From Pseudomonadota bacterium (lineage in GTDB: Bacteria; Pseudomonadota; Alphaproteobacteria; Acetobacterales; Acetobacteraceae), in assembly GCA_046732975.1 (NCBI GenBank), contig JBKPOG010000107.1, positions 9,263-73,262 on the forward strand: a DNA stretch of 64,000 bases. Reading direction: 5' to 3'. Position 1 is the first letter of the stretch; the number at the start of each line of letters is the position of its first letter. This document shows positions 46,492-57,785 of this stretch, piece by piece. The notes under the pieces are model-generated. The model was not told where the DNA came from and made no database searches. It saw nothing but the letters and a program-made list of their open reading frames with translations. Position numbers and translations under genes: made by a program.

Positions 46492-46902
46492 TCAGCGCGC
46501 CGGCGTCTCCGCCGCGTCGAAGTTGCACTCCACCGCGATCCCGTCCGGATCGTAATAGAACAGCTGCGTCATGTTCAGGCGCGGCAGTACACGTTCGTCG
46601 TACTTGACACTGTTCCGCTCCAGCGTGGCCTTCATATCCTTCAACCCGGCGCAGGCGAAGGCGATGTGGTCCAACCGGCCAGTCTTTGCCGGGTCGCTTG
46701 AACTGTCGGGGATCTGCTCAATCTCGGGCCGATGCCCGATCAGGTGCACCGTCGGTACGTCGCCGCAATACAGCCAGTAGCCCGGGAAATTCAGCGGCGG
46801 ACGATCGCCGACCTTCAGCCCGACGATATCGGTGTAAAAATCCTTGGTTGCCTCCAGATCCCTCGCCAGGATCGTGTAGTGGTTGAGCGACGTTGCAGGC
46901 AT
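46492..46902 (-). CDS. VOC family protein (glyoxalase/extradiol-dioxygenase fold)
   Basis: It reads LNHYTILARDLEATKDFYTDIVGLKVG...LDHIAFACAGLKDMKATLERNSV...FYYDPDGIAVE. Confidence 0.78.
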   Translation of the reverse strand: MPATSLNHYTILARDLEATKDFYTDIVGLKVGDRPPLNFPGYWLYCGDVPTVHLIGHRPEIEQIPDSSSDPAKTGRLDHIAFACAGLKDMKATLERNSVKYDERVLPRLNMTQLFYYDPDGIAVECNFDAAETPAR

Positions 46903-46916
46903 TGCATCTCCCTCCG

Positions 46917-48050
46917 TCAGAAAACGTTTTCCGGCTCCATGCCGAACAGGATTTGGCCGACTGACTCATAGTGCAGCTGCCGCCCTTGCGACTGCTGCGC
47001 CACCGTGTGGATATCGCGCAGACGCTGTTCGAACGGCTGCTCCTCAAACACTGCCATCGACCCGGCGGCATGATACAGCGTGTTGACAATCTCGCGCGAC
47101 TGCTGGATCGCCCAGGTCGAGGCCAGCCGGATCATCGCGCGATCCTCGGCCGTCTGCTGTCCAGTCGCCTCGACGTGCCCCCAGGCGGTCTCCCAGATCG
47201 TGTGCAGAAAGGCGCGCGCCGACCGCCAGCGCGCCTCGCATTGCGCAAGCTGCGACTGCACCACGTTGTTCTCGCGCATCGGCTTCGACGCGCCGCGCGA
47301 CACCTTGTTGGCCGGCAGGTCGAGGAAGTCCTTGATCGTGCCGCGGGCGATGCCCAACCCCACGCCGGCAAACCCGCAGGAATATAGCTGGTTGCTGGTG
47401 AACCGATACAGCAGCCCGTCCTCGCGCCGCTCCTCAGGGTTATCGCGCGACGCGGTGAAGCGTTGCGGGACGAACAGGTCCTTGATGACGTATTCGTTGC
47501 TGGCAGTACCGCGCAGACCGACGGTGTGCCAGATGTCGTTCACCTGCACACTGGCCTTGGGGAACAGCATCGTACGGACCTTGCCGGTGCCGGCCACCGG
47601 CATATGCGCACCCAGCCACCGGGCGTGTGCGCAGCCGCTGGCGAAGCGCCACTTGCCGCTGATGCGATAGCCACCATCCACCGGCTGAGCCTCATACGGC
47701 GCACCAGGCGGCCCCCAGGCCAGGATGCCGGTCGGTGGACCGAACATCTCACACGCCACCTCGCGATCCAGATAAGCCGCGGTCATGGAACAGCCATTGT
47801 TTTGGCCGACGCACCACGCCACCGACGCGTTGGCTTCGGCGAACGCTTCGGTCACTTGCGTGAACAGCACCGGCCTTAACTCGGCGCCGCCGAGAAAACT
47901 TGGCTGCAGCATCCGGAAGAAGCCGCCGTCGATCAGCGCCTTGACCACGTGCTCCGGCAACTCGCGGCGGCGCTCGATCTCGTCGCCGGCCTCAACCAGC
48001 ATCGGCGCCAGGTCACGCGCCCGTTGGATGAATTGCCCGCCGTCGGTCAT
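46917..48050 (-). CDS. acyl-CoA dehydrogenase-fold flavoprotein (group-D monooxygenase-like)
   Basis: It has the three-domain ACAD layout, with GYRISGKWRFASG, TVGLRGTASNEY and a C-terminal helical domain. It lacks an obvious catalytic-Glu context, as seen in HpaB/DszC-like oxygenases. Confidence 0.7.
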   Translation of the reverse strand: MTDGGQFIQRARDLAPMLVEAGDEIERRRELPEHVVKALIDGGFFRMLQPSFLGGAELRPVLFTQVTEAFAEANASVAWCVGQNNGCSMTAAYLDREVACEMFGPPTGILAWGPPGAPYEAQPVDGGYRISGKWRFASGCAHARWLGAHMPVAGTGKVRTMLFPKASVQVNDIWHTVGLRGTASNEYVIKDLFVPQRFTASRDNPEERREDGLLYRFTSNQLYSCGFAGVGLGIARGTIKDFLDLPANKVSRGASKPMRENNVVQSQLAQCEARWRSARAFLHTIWETAWGHVEATGQQTAEDRAMIRLASTWAIQQSREIVNTLYHAAGSMAVFEEQPFEQRLRDIHTVAQQSQGRQLHYESVGQILFGMEPENVF

Positions 48051-48239
48051 GCCTGCTTCTCCAGCCTCTCCAGTCCGGTGATGGCGTCGGGCATTCTTCT
48101 CTCCTGTTGGCCGCTCCAGCGTGCCACCGTTCGATCATTGCGACCATCCCCTGCCCTTTGGGCGGGCGCAATGCGCCGACGTGCCGCCAGCTTGAGAACT
48201 ATGCGCTGGGTCGGCAGGCAAGAGGCGGAAGTGACGGAC

Positions 48240-49445
48240 TCAGGCCGCCGGCTTGGCGCCGAAATGCTTTCGCAGACGGGAGACCGCCTCATCGAGCACT
48301 TCGTCCCGCTTGCAGAAGGCGAAGCGCGCGTAATGGCTGGGCGCGTCCGGGGCATCGTAGAACGCCGAGACAGGAATCGCGGTCACCTTGGCGCGTTCGG
48401 TGATGTGCCGGCAGAACGCGACATCGTCGCCGTTGAATCCCAGAGGCCGAAAGTCGGCAGAAATGAAGTAGCTCCCCCTGGTCGGCAGCATCGTCAGCCC
48501 CAGGCTCGCCAGTCCCGCCGCGAGGCGATCGCGCTTCGCCTGCAATGCGCCTGATAACGAGGCAAAATACGCGTCGTCTTTGGCCAGTCCGACTGCCACA
48601 GCGCGTTGCAGGTTTGGCGCCGTGGTAAAGGTCAGGTTCTGGTGCGCCTTCGCCACGTTGGTCGCAATCGCTGCGGGCGCGGTGACGTAGCCGACTTTCC
48701 AGCCGGTCAAAGAAAACGTCTTACCGGCGCTGCCGATCCGCATGGTGCGCTCCCGCATGCCTGGCAGGGTCATCAGCGGGACGTGGCGCGCGCCGTCGAA
48801 CGTCAGGTGCTCGTAGACCTCATCGCAGATCGCGTAGGCGTCGTGCCGCAGCACGAGTTGGGCGATGAAGCCCAGTTCCTCCTCGGTGAACACCTTCCCG
48901 CAGGGGTTCATCGGCGAATTCAACAGGATTGCCTTGGTGGCCGGCCCGAACGCATCGGCGAGTGCAGCACGCGGCAGTGACCAGTCAGGCGGCTGCAATC
49001 GCACGAAGCGCGGGATCGCCCCGAGAAGTCGAACCACGGGCGCATAAGTGTCGTAGAGCGGTTCGATCAGGACCACCTCATCACCCGGGTTCACCACCGC
49101 CATCAGGCAGGCGGTGATCGCCTCGGTCGCCCCAGACGTCACCACCACCTCGCGCGCCCAATCGACTTGCAGCCCGTAGAACCGACGATTTGCGGCTGCC
49201 ACCGCCTGGCGCAGCTCCGGTAAGCCTGGCATCGGCGGGTACTGGTTGCGGCCGTCCTTCAGGGCATCTGCCGCCGCGTGCACGACATCGGCCGGCCCGT
49301 CGGTGTCAGGAAATCCCTGCCCCAGGTTGATCGCGTCGTGTTCGACCGCGAGCGCCGACATGACGGTGAAGATCGTCGTTCCGATGCCGGAGAGCAGCGT
49401 ATTTGCAGGTTTCACAGGAATGCTCACCGGTTGCTTGCGCGCCAC
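48240..49445 (-). CDS. PLP-dependent aminotransferase, class I/II (YbdL/kynurenine-aminotransferase-like)
   Basis: It has AINLGQGFPD, NQYPPMPG, LLNSPMNPCGKVF and the PLP-lysine block SAGKTFSLTGWKVGY. The start is uncertain, with GTG candidates at 49445, 49427, 49415 and 49520. Confidence 0.85.
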   Translation of the reverse strand: MARKQPVSIPVKPANTLLSGIGTTIFTVMSALAVEHDAINLGQGFPDTDGPADVVHAAADALKDGRNQYPPMPGLPELRQAVAAANRRFYGLQVDWAREVVVTSGATEAITACLMAVVNPGDEVVLIEPLYDTYAPVVRLLGAIPRFVRLQPPDWSLPRAALADAFGPATKAILLNSPMNPCGKVFTEEELGFIAQLVLRHDAYAICDEVYEHLTFDGARHVPLMTLPGMRERTMRIGSAGKTFSLTGWKVGYVTAPAAIATNVAKAHQNLTFTTAPNLQRAVAVGLAKDDAYFASLSGALQAKRDRLAAGLASLGLTMLPTRGSYFISADFRPLGFNGDDVAFCRHITERAKVTAIPVSAFYDAPDAPSHYARFAFCKRDEVLDEAVSRLRKHFGAKPAA

Positions 49446-49576
49446 AGTATGGATTCCGCCGATCACCCCTTCAACCTGTACCGACAAAGGCCCGCCGCGG
49501 ATTGCCCAAATAGCAGGCACTTGTGCAGCAAATGCGCCTAGGGCCTAATCGCCGTGTCTTCTACTCCCTGTGGTAA

Positions 49577-50029
<453 letters not shown>

Positions 50030-50188
50030 CGCGAGCGAAAATAGCTTTGGAACCCGCTTTCGGCCTGTGGCGGAAACGAGTAGATGGGCCGCTTCGCGAA
50101 GGGGTCGCATGGTGCGGCCCTCCTTCTGTCTGCACCGGCCGCGATGGGTTGCTGGTGCGCCAACCGAGAACCGGGACGGGGAATTTAG

Positions 50189-51622
50189 ATGGCGAGAAGG
50201 CCTTCGGGCGCCAGCGAGGGCGTTGGCAAGGTTCTGGAAATGCTGACCGAGCATTCGGTGGAGTATGTGGACCTGCGGTTCACTGATCCGCGTGGCAAGT
50301 GGCAGCATACGGCACAGCATGTCTCCACCATCGAGGAAGACACTTTCCGCGATGGAATCATGTTCGACGGCTCCTCGATCGCAGGCTGGAAGGCGATCAA
50401 CGAGTCGGACATGATCCTGATGCCGGACGCCGATACCGCGGTGATGGACCCGTTCTCCGCCAAGCCCAGCCTGATCCTGTTCTGCGATATCGTCGAGCCG
50501 TCCACTGGCCAGCCCTACAATCGCGATCCGCGCAGCACGGCGAAGAAGGCTGAGGCCTTTCTGAGGTCGTCAGGTGTTGGCGATACGGCATTTTTCGGAC
50601 CCGAAGCCGAGTTTTTCGTATTCGACAGCGTGCGCTTTGGGACCGGCGGCAACTATGGCACCTACCAGCTGGACAGCCAGGAAGGTCCGCAGGCAAGCCT
50701 GAAGGATTATCCGGAAGGCAATATGGGCCACCGTCCCGTGGTGAAGGGCGGCTATTTCCCCGTCCCGCCGGTTGACAGCGAAAGCGACCTGCGCGCCGAG
50801 ATGCTGTCCACCATGGGCGAAATGGGCGTGGTGGTCGAGAAGCACCACCACGAGGTCGGCCAGAGCCAGCACGAGCTGGGCATGAAGTTCGGCCCGCTGG
50901 TGAAGATGGCGGACGCCCTGCAGATCTATAAGTACTGCATCCACAATGTCGCGCACAGCTACGGCAAGACCGCGACATTCATGCCGAAGCCGATATTCGG
51001 CGACAATGGCTCGGGTATGCATGTACACCAATCGATCTGGAAGGCCGGTAAGCCGCTGTTCGCCGGCAACGGCTATGCTGACCTTTCCGAGACGGCGCTG
51101 TACTACATAGGCGGCATCATCAAGCACGCGAAGGCTCTGAACGCGCTCACCAATCCGCTGACGAACAGCTACAAGCGCCTGATTCCTGGCTTCGAGGCTC
51201 CAGTGCTGCTGGCCTACTCAGCGCGCAACCGGTCCGCGTCGTGCCGAATCCCATACGCGACCAGCCCGAAGGCAAAGCGGGTCGAAGTGCGGTTTCCTGA
51301 TCCCGGCGCCAACCCCTACCTTGCGTTTGCCGCCATGCTGATGGCCGGGCTGGATGGCATCCGCAACAAGATCCATCCCGGCGATCCGATGGACAAGGAC
51401 TTGTATGACCTGCCGCCCGAGGAACTGAAGGGCATTCCGACCGTTTGCGGCAGCCTGCGCGAATCGATTGCCGCGCTGGAAGGTGACCACGAGTTCCTGC
51501 TGGCCGGCGACGTGTTCAGCACGGACCAGATCGAGAGCTACATCGAGCTGAAGTGGGCCGAAGTGTATCGCTTTGAACATACGCCGCATCCGGTCGAATT
51601 CGAGATGTACTACTCGGTCTGA
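50189..51622 (+). CDS. glnA: glutamine synthetase type I (adenylylation-site-containing)
   Basis: It has [56 protein letters not shown] and the adenylylation loop [11 protein letters not shown]. Confidence 0.95.
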   Translation: MARRPSGASEGVGKVLEMLTEHSVEYVDLRFTDPRGKWQHTAQHVSTIEEDTFRDGIMFDGSSIAGWKAINESDMILMPDADTAVMDPFSAKPSLILFCDIVEPSTGQPYNRDPRSTAKKAEAFLRSSGVGDTAFFGPEAEFFVFDSVRFGTGGNYGTYQLDSQEGPQASLKDYPEGNMGHRPVVKGGYFPVPPVDSESDLRAEMLSTMGEMGVVVEKHHHEVGQSQHELGMKFGPLVKMADALQIYKYCIHNVAHSYGKTATFMPKPIFGDNGSGMHVHQSIWKAGKPLFAGNGYADLSETALYYIGGIIKHAKALNALTNPLTNSYKRLIPGFEAPVLLAYSARNRSASCRIPYATSPKAKRVEVRFPDPGANPYLAFAAMLMAGLDGIRNKIHPGDPMDKDLYDLPPEELKGIPTVCGSLRESIAALEGDHEFLLAGDVFSTDQIESYIELKWAEVYRFEHTPHPVEFEMYYSV

Positions 51623-51642
51623 GCCCGGTCCGTCGGTCTTGA

Positions 51643-51677
51643 GCGCCCCGCCTATGCGCGGGGCGTTTTTGTTTTTG
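51643..51677 (+). terminator. Rho-independent terminator after glnA
   Basis: The stem CGCCCCGC - loop CTATGC - GCGGGGCG is followed by TTTTTGTTTTTG. It begins about 20 nt after the glnA stop. Confidence 0.75.
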
Positions 51678-51810
51678 CTCGGTTATTAGGCAGATCAACG
51701 CGCCCCGGCGCTGCCCGGTTAACTGCGTCTTTACCAATTAGAGCATGGAAATGCTTGAGCGGCCGGCGATTCGTCCGCCGGCACTGAAGGCACCGGAGTC
51801 CTGCACTGTT

Positions 51811-51826
51811 CGGCACGATTCTTGAT
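51811..51826 (+). promoter_or_regulatory. weaker sigma54-type promoter candidate upstream of glnK-amtB
   Basis: CGGCAC-GATTC-TTGAT has correct spacing, but the -12 element is GA rather than GC. It lies 68 nt upstream of the glnK ATG, and GCAC-rich motifs sit just upstream. Confidence 0.35.
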
Positions 51827-51835
51827 TGTGCCTGA

Positions 51836-52231
<396 letters not shown>

Positions 52232-52256
52232 GAGACCAAACAAAAGGAATAGCTAT

Positions 52257-53624
52257 ATGACTAGACGCCGACTCACCGGAGCCGCGGGCGCTGTGCTGCC
52301 GATGCTGCTGGCGGCTGTGCCCGCCCTGGCCGACGATGCAGGGCCGCCCAAGCTAGACTCCGGCGATATCGCGTGGATGCTCGCCAGCACAGCACTCGTG
52401 CTGATGATGACCGTCCCGGGCCTGGCACTGTTCTATGGGGGCATGGTCCGCAAAAAGAATATCCTTGCCACCTTGATGCAGTGCTTTGTCATTACGTGCA
52501 TCGTTACAATTGTATGGACCGTCGCCGGTTATAGTCTGGCATTCACGCCAGGCAACATGTACGTCGGCGACCTGTCACGCTTCATGCTGCATGGGATCGC
52601 CGATCACATCAGCAAAGGCAACGATACGCAGGCCTTCGTATTGGAGTCAGGAATCAAGGACGTGGCACCAATGACCACGACGATCCCTGAAACCGTGTAC
52701 ATGATGTTCCAGATGACATTCGCGATCATCACGCCGGCGCTGATCGTCGGTGCCTTCGCCGATCGTATGAAGTTCTCGGCGCTGTGCATCTTCATGACGC
52801 TGTGGTCGTTGCTGATCTACTCCCCCGTGGCGCATTGGATGTGGGCGCCGAGTGGCTGGAGTGCGCAGAACGGGCAGCTCGACTTTGCGGGCGGTACCGT
52901 CGTCCACATCAACGCCGGCATCGCCGGGCTGATGTGTGCGTTGGTCCTTGGCAAGCGCGTCGGCTACGGCAACGAGAACATGGCTCCGTATAACCTCTCT
53001 TATGCGGTGATCGGCGCCTCGCTGCTCTGGGTTGGCTGGTTCGGCTTCAATGCCGGGTCCGCGGTCGCCTCGAACGGTCGTGCCGGAATGGCCATGGCGG
53101 TAACACAGATCGCGACCGCAGCCGCAGCGCTGGGCTGGATGTTCGCCGAGTGGATCGCCAAGGGCAAACCCTCGGTGCTCGGTGCAATCTCCGGTGCAGT
53201 CGCCGGTCTGGTGGCCATCACCCCTGCTTCAGGCTTCGTCCTGCCCGGTTCCTCCATCATCATCGGCGTCGCCGCCGGCGTGATCTGCTTTTGGGCGGCC
53301 ACCAGCGTGAAGCATATGTTTGGTTACGACGACAGTCTCGATGTTTTCGGCGTGCACTGCATCGGCGGCATCGTCGGCGCATTGCTAACGGGCGTGTTCT
53401 CCTACGGACCGCTGTCCGCCACCGACGCATCGCCTGATGGCAGCCCGGGCGGCCTCAACCAACTCTGGATCCAGTGCCAGGGTGTGGTTGCCACGCTGGT
53501 CTACAGTGGGGTCGGAACGCTGATCCTGCTGATGATCACCAAGATGCTGGTTGGCTTGCGTGTGGGTGAGGAAGAGGAGCGCGAAGGCCTCGACCTCGTC
53601 CTGCACGGCGAACAGATCTTCTGA
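52257..53624 (+). CDS. amtB: ammonium transporter
   Basis: It has a signal peptide, then DSGDIAWMLASTALVLMMTVPGLALFYGGMVR, FAGGTVVHINAGIAGL, and VFGVHCIGGIVGALLTG. Confidence 0.93.
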   Translation: MTRRRLTGAAGAVLPMLLAAVPALADDAGPPKLDSGDIAWMLASTALVLMMTVPGLALFYGGMVRKKNILATLMQCFVITCIVTIVWTVAGYSLAFTPGNMYVGDLSRFMLHGIADHISKGNDTQAFVLESGIKDVAPMTTTIPETVYMMFQMTFAIITPALIVGAFADRMKFSALCIFMTLWSLLIYSPVAHWMWAPSGWSAQNGQLDFAGGTVVHINAGIAGLMCALVLGKRVGYGNENMAPYNLSYAVIGASLLWVGWFGFNAGSAVASNGRAGMAMAVTQIATAAAALGWMFAEWIAKGKPSVLGAISGAVAGLVAITPASGFVLPGSSIIIGVAAGVICFWAATSVKHMFGYDDSLDVFGVHCIGGIVGALLTGVFSYGPLSATDASPDGSPGGLNQLWIQCQGVVATLVYSGVGTLILLMITKMLVGLRVGEEEEREGLDLVLHGEQIF

Positions 53625-53713
53625 TCAGCCCAGGCAGCGCAGAGGGGTGCCGCGAACCGGCGTCCCTCCTGGCGTCTCCAATCAATGCGATAAGACAAGG
53701 GTAACGACGAAAC

Positions 53714-55099
53714 ATGGAGAACAGGAAAGTGAGAGGCGCCGCAGGTTGGGCTGCGGCAGCTGGCATTGTCGCCGCAATGTCGGCCGCAAACGCACAGACG
53801 ACGACCGCACCCACAGCTCCAGCGGCCGGATCAGCACCTAGCGAGACGCCGGCAACACCATCGGCACCCGCCGCACCAGCTGCGGAAGCGCCGCCGCCCG
53901 GCCTTTGGGTTAATGGAATTCATCTGTCGGCGCAGCTCGAAGCCGGGATAATCGCCAATCCATTTCGTCCCGCGACGGGCCTGAACTGGGGTCAGCTCTT
54001 CACCGACCACGCCAACCAGGTGCAACTCAATCAACTGCTGCTGACTGCGAACAAACCACTCGACCCAAAGAACAGCGATTACCAGTGGGGCTTCAAGGTC
54101 CAGTTCATGTATGGGTCAGATGCCCGCTATACGCAGTTCCTAGGCGAACTGAATCGCGTGGACCCCGGGCAGCGCTACCAGCTGGACGTTGTCGAGGCGA
54201 ACGTGCTCGCACATCTGCCTTGGCTGACCGCGGGCGGTATCGATCTCAAGGCGGGTCAATATGTGACGCCGTTGGGCTATGAGACGATCGATCCGTCGAC
54301 CAATCCGTTCTACTCACATTCCTACATCTTCCAGTTCGGGCTGCCGTTCAAGCACACCGGAGCGCTGGCAACGACACACGTCAACGACGTGCTGGACATC
54401 TACTCAGGGGTCGATACCGGTACGAACACCACGTTCGGACCGCTGGGTGACAACAACGGCGCCATTGGTGGCATCGGCGGGTTCAACCTGACCTTCCTGG
54501 AAGGCAAACTGACGGTTCTCGCGCTGACGCATTTCGGGCCGGATGACGCCACTCGGGCGCTTTCGCCGATAGGATTCAACGCCAACGGGTTCTGGCGCTT
54601 CTACAATGATGTGCTGATCACCTGGAAAGCCACCGACACCTGGACGTTTGTCACCGAAGCCAACTGGGCGCGCGATGGGTTCGGGATCGTCACACCCTCC
54701 GGCACCGTCAACAAACCGGTGAACGGTTTCGGCGCAGCACAATACGTATCCTACGCGCTGACAGAGACGGTCGCGCTGAATGCCAGAGCGGAACTCTGGC
54801 GCGATGACAACAACTTCTTTGTCGCGGCATTTCCGGCCAACAACTCCTTCGTGCGGTTCGAGCAGGGCCTGCCCACAACTGTAAATGTCGCGCCTGGTGG
54901 CAACTCGACTTACGGCGCCCTAACCCTCGGTGTCACATGGAAACCCGAGGTCCCCGCGCCCATCACGGGCCTGCTGGTGCGGCCGGAGATCCGCTGGGAC
55001 CACGCCTTCACCAACAACGAGCCGTTCAACAACAACCTGAATGGGAAGGGCACCAACAACTCCTTCACGTTCGGCTCCGACATCGTCCTGACGTTCTGA
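53714..55099 (+). CDS. outer-membrane beta-barrel porin (OmpL-like/bbp2-type)
   Basis: It has a signal peptide ending AANAQ and a Pro/Ala-rich linker. Alternating beta-strand patterns follow, with aromatic girdle residues. The C-terminus is FTFGSDIVLTF, ending in Phe. Confidence 0.75.
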   Translation: MENRKVRGAAGWAAAAGIVAAMSAANAQTTTAPTAPAAGSAPSETPATPSAPAAPAAEAPPPGLWVNGIHLSAQLEAGIIANPFRPATGLNWGQLFTDHANQVQLNQLLLTANKPLDPKNSDYQWGFKVQFMYGSDARYTQFLGELNRVDPGQRYQLDVVEANVLAHLPWLTAGGIDLKAGQYVTPLGYETIDPSTNPFYSHSYIFQFGLPFKHTGALATTHVNDVLDIYSGVDTGTNTTFGPLGDNNGAIGGIGGFNLTFLEGKLTVLALTHFGPDDATRALSPIGFNANGFWRFYNDVLITWKATDTWTFVTEANWARDGFGIVTPSGTVNKPVNGFGAAQYVSYALTETVALNARAELWRDDNNFFVAAFPANNSFVRFEQGLPTTVNVAPGGNSTYGALTLGVTWKPEVPAPITGLLVRPEIRWDHAFTNNEPFNNNLNGKGTNNSFTFGSDIVLTF

Positions 55100-55230
55100 A
55101 GCCGTCCTACGTCGTGGCCGGCCCCCCGCGTTGGGCCGAAGGCCCGCCCGAGAACACGCTTGTGCCGGCCATCGTTGCGGCAGGGTTGTTGCGGTGGGGT
55201 GGCCGGGACAAGCTCGGCCATGACGGTGGG

Positions 55231-55992
55231 CTAAAGTGTCAGCCCACCATCGACAGTGATCGTCTGCCCCGTCACCATCGCCGCGCCAAACCCCAGGAAC
55301 AGCACCACTTCAGCCAAGTCCTCGGGCTGGCAGCGGCGCTTCAGCAGTGCCCGCTCGATCGACTGTTGACGCTCTTCATTGGTCCACTCGACCATCCAGG
55401 AGCTGTCCACGGCACCAGGAGCGATTGCATTGACCCGCACCTCGGGTGCCAGGGCGCGCGCGAGGTTCTGCGTGAGACTCACCACGCCTGCCTTGGTCGC
55501 ACTGTAGGCGAGGCTCGATCCGGCCCGTCCCAATCCCGCGATCGAACCTGTGCTGACGATAGCGCCGTGCGCGGCCTTCAATGCTGGCGCAGCCGCCTTC
55601 GATCCACGGAACACACTCAACAGATTGGTCTGCAGGAGCAGTGTCCACAGCTCGTCGGTGATCATGTCGAGTTCAGGCGGTGCGATCCGGCGATGCGTTC
55701 CCGGCGTACCCGCGTTGTTGAACAACAGATCGAGACGGCCGAGATCATCGATTGCCTTCAGCACCATGCGTTCGCAGTTGCCGGCCTCGCTCACGCTGCC
55801 CGGCGCCATGATCGCCTTGCCACCTTCGGCGTTGATCTTCTCCACTGCCTCCGGGCCCCGCGCATCGTCAGCCAGAAAGTTCACCGCCACCGTCGCGCCG
55901 AACTTTGCCAGCATGCGCGCCGTCGCGAAGCCGATACCAGACGCACCGCCGGTGACGAGTGCGGTCTTGCCCTTGAGATCGTAGCTGATCAT
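55231..55992 (-). CDS. SDR family oxidoreductase
   Basis: It has TGGASGIGFATA, NNAG and YSATKAGV. GGAGGG lies 4-5 nt upstream of the ATG at 55992. Confidence 0.88.
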   Translation of the reverse strand: MISYDLKGKTALVTGGASGIGFATARMLAKFGATVAVNFLADDARGPEAVEKINAEGGKAIMAPGSVSEAGNCERMVLKAIDDLGRLDLLFNNAGTPGTHRRIAPPELDMITDELWTLLLQTNLLSVFRGSKAAAPALKAAHGAIVSTGSIAGLGRAGSSLAYSATKAGVVSLTQNLARALAPEVRVNAIAPGAVDSSWMVEWTNEERQQSIERALLKRRCQPEDLAEVVLFLGFGAAMVTGQTITVDGGLTL

Positions 55993-56003
55993 GAGCCCTC
56001 CAT

Positions 56004-57626
56004 TCATGGTGTTGCAGCGGGCAGCCACGGTTCCGGCGCACGCGCATCTATGTCTGTGTTGACGTCGACCACCACTGTCTCGTCCGAGGCCAGAGCTTCC
56101 CGCAGGGCCGGCGCGATCTGCGATGGCTCATCGACGCGGATCCCGCGCAGTCCGAATACGTGCGCGACATCGGCGAAACTGGTTGGTCCGAAGCGCCCCA
56201 ATTCACTCACATCACCTGGCTTGTTGCCCTGCTGGCGCTGCATGTTCGGCCAGCCTTGACCAAAGCCAGAATTGTTGTTGATCACCAGCACAACGCCGAT
56301 CCCGCGTCGCCGCGCCGTCTCCAGTTCTGTCAGGTGATAGTAGATAGCGCCGTCGCCTGACCAGCAGATCACCTTGCGCTTGCCCGCAGCGCACTTCGCG
56401 CCCAGTGCCGCGGGAAACGCCCAGCCCAGCGAACCAGCCGCCCGCAGATAGGTCTGCGTCGTACCGTTCAGCTCGATCAGCGTGGAGGTCCAGATACCGG
56501 AATAGCCGGTATCGGCCACAAGAATGCCGTCCTCGGGCAATGCGCGGGTGATCTCGGCACACAGGCGGTCGGGCAGGATGGGCGCTGCATTGCCGGACAG
56601 TCGCGCGGCCCGCTCCTCGCGCCAGGCGGCAACGATGCCGGCTGCACGATCGGCGAATGAAGTGTCGCGAGCAGGCCGCCCAATTGCCATATTCAACTTT
56701 TCCAATGTCGCCTTCGGATCACCCATCAACCCCAGTGTGTGCGGATAGCTGCGGCCCAGTTCCAACGGATCGATGTCGATCTGCACCGCTTGCGTCTGCA
56801 GCGGGGGAATGCGCCAAGCGTGCGTCACCTGATCACCGGTATGGCAGCCGACGAACAGCACAAGGTCAGCCTCATGCACGATCTGGTTCGCCGGTGGCGC
56901 GGCATAATTGCCTGGACATCCAATTGACAGCCGATGTCGCGTGGGGATGATGCCGCGCCCGCCGAGCGAGGTGCCGATTGGGGCAGCCAGTGCCTCACCA
57001 AGCGCCAGCAGCTCAAGTCCTGCTCCCGACGCGGCCGCTCCGGTCCCGGCGATGATGACGATGCGGTTTGCGGCGCGCAGCTTTGCCGCGGCGCGCTCAA
57101 TTTCGTCATCCGATGGTGTCGGCCGGTAAGGCGGCGTGGTGAGTTGCAGCGCGGGATCCATCCCCGCCGGTTCGTTGACCATTCCGGTCTCGACGACGGC
57201 AGCCGAGCGGCCATACAGGTCCAGGTGCGCCGGGCGAGGTGAACCTGTCATTGCCTCACGCCAGGCCTGCCGCAGCAGGCGCGGCAGGTCCGCTGCTTCC
57301 GCAACATCGGCCGAAAATTTCGTCACCGATGCGTAGAGCGGCGCGTGTGGGATCTCCTGATAGGTGTTGCGATGGTGGTAATGCGGCGGCTCGCGCCCAG
57401 TCAGCGCGATGACCGGACTATAGCCTAGCCAGGCGTCCTGCAATCCGGCAGCCAGGTTAGCGGCTCCGACGGACTGCGCGAAACAGATGCCGGGACGGCC
57501 CGCGATGCGCGCGAAACCATCAGCCATGTAGGCCGCGGACTTCTCGGTGTGCGCGAGCACCCGTGTGACGCCTAGCGTGCCAAGCTCGATCAAGGTCCTG
57601 CGCAGCACGGCGTCGATGAAGAACAC
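56004..57626 (-). CDS. thiamine-diphosphate-dependent enzyme (acetolactate-synthase-like), probable 5' frameshift
   Basis: It has HTEKSAAYMADGFARIAG and GSLGWAFPAALGAK...SGDGAIYY TPP-binding blocks. In-frame sequence upstream of the GTG at 57626 (EISGAEWLARSLAANGTTH) is clearly N-terminal Pyr-domain sequence. The well-placed ATG at 57696 is out of frame (see findings). Confidence 0.8.
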   Translation of the reverse strand: MFFIDAVLRRTLIELGTLGVTRVLAHTEKSAAYMADGFARIAGRPGICFAQSVGAANLAAGLQDAWLGYSPVIALTGREPPHYHHRNTYQEIPHAPLYASVTKFSADVAEAADLPRLLRQAWREAMTGSPRPAHLDLYGRSAAVVETGMVNEPAGMDPALQLTTPPYRPTPSDDEIERAAAKLRAANRIVIIAGTGAAASGAGLELLALGEALAAPIGTSLGGRGIIPTRHRLSIGCPGNYAAPPANQIVHEADLVLFVGCHTGDQVTHAWRIPPLQTQAVQIDIDPLELGRSYPHTLGLMGDPKATLEKLNMAIGRPARDTSFADRAAGIVAAWREERAARLSGNAAPILPDRLCAEITRALPEDGILVADTGYSGIWTSTLIELNGTTQTYLRAAGSLGWAFPAALGAKCAAGKRKVICWSGDGAIYYHLTELETARRRGIGVVLVINNNSGFGQGWPNMQRQQGNKPGDVSELGRFGPTSFADVAHVFGLRGIRVDEPSQIAPALREALASDETVVVDVNTDIDARAPEPWLPAATP

Positions 57627-57785
57627 GTGTGTCGTGCCGTTCGCTGCGAGTGAGCGCGCCAGCCATTCGGCGCCGCTTATCTCCGTGCCGCGCTCATGTT
57701 GTTCTCCCCGAGAGGGCGCCGATGCTACCCCTCGATGGCGAGCGCGCGAAGCATCTACCCTGACGCCGAAGCAGGTTCGCCTTGA

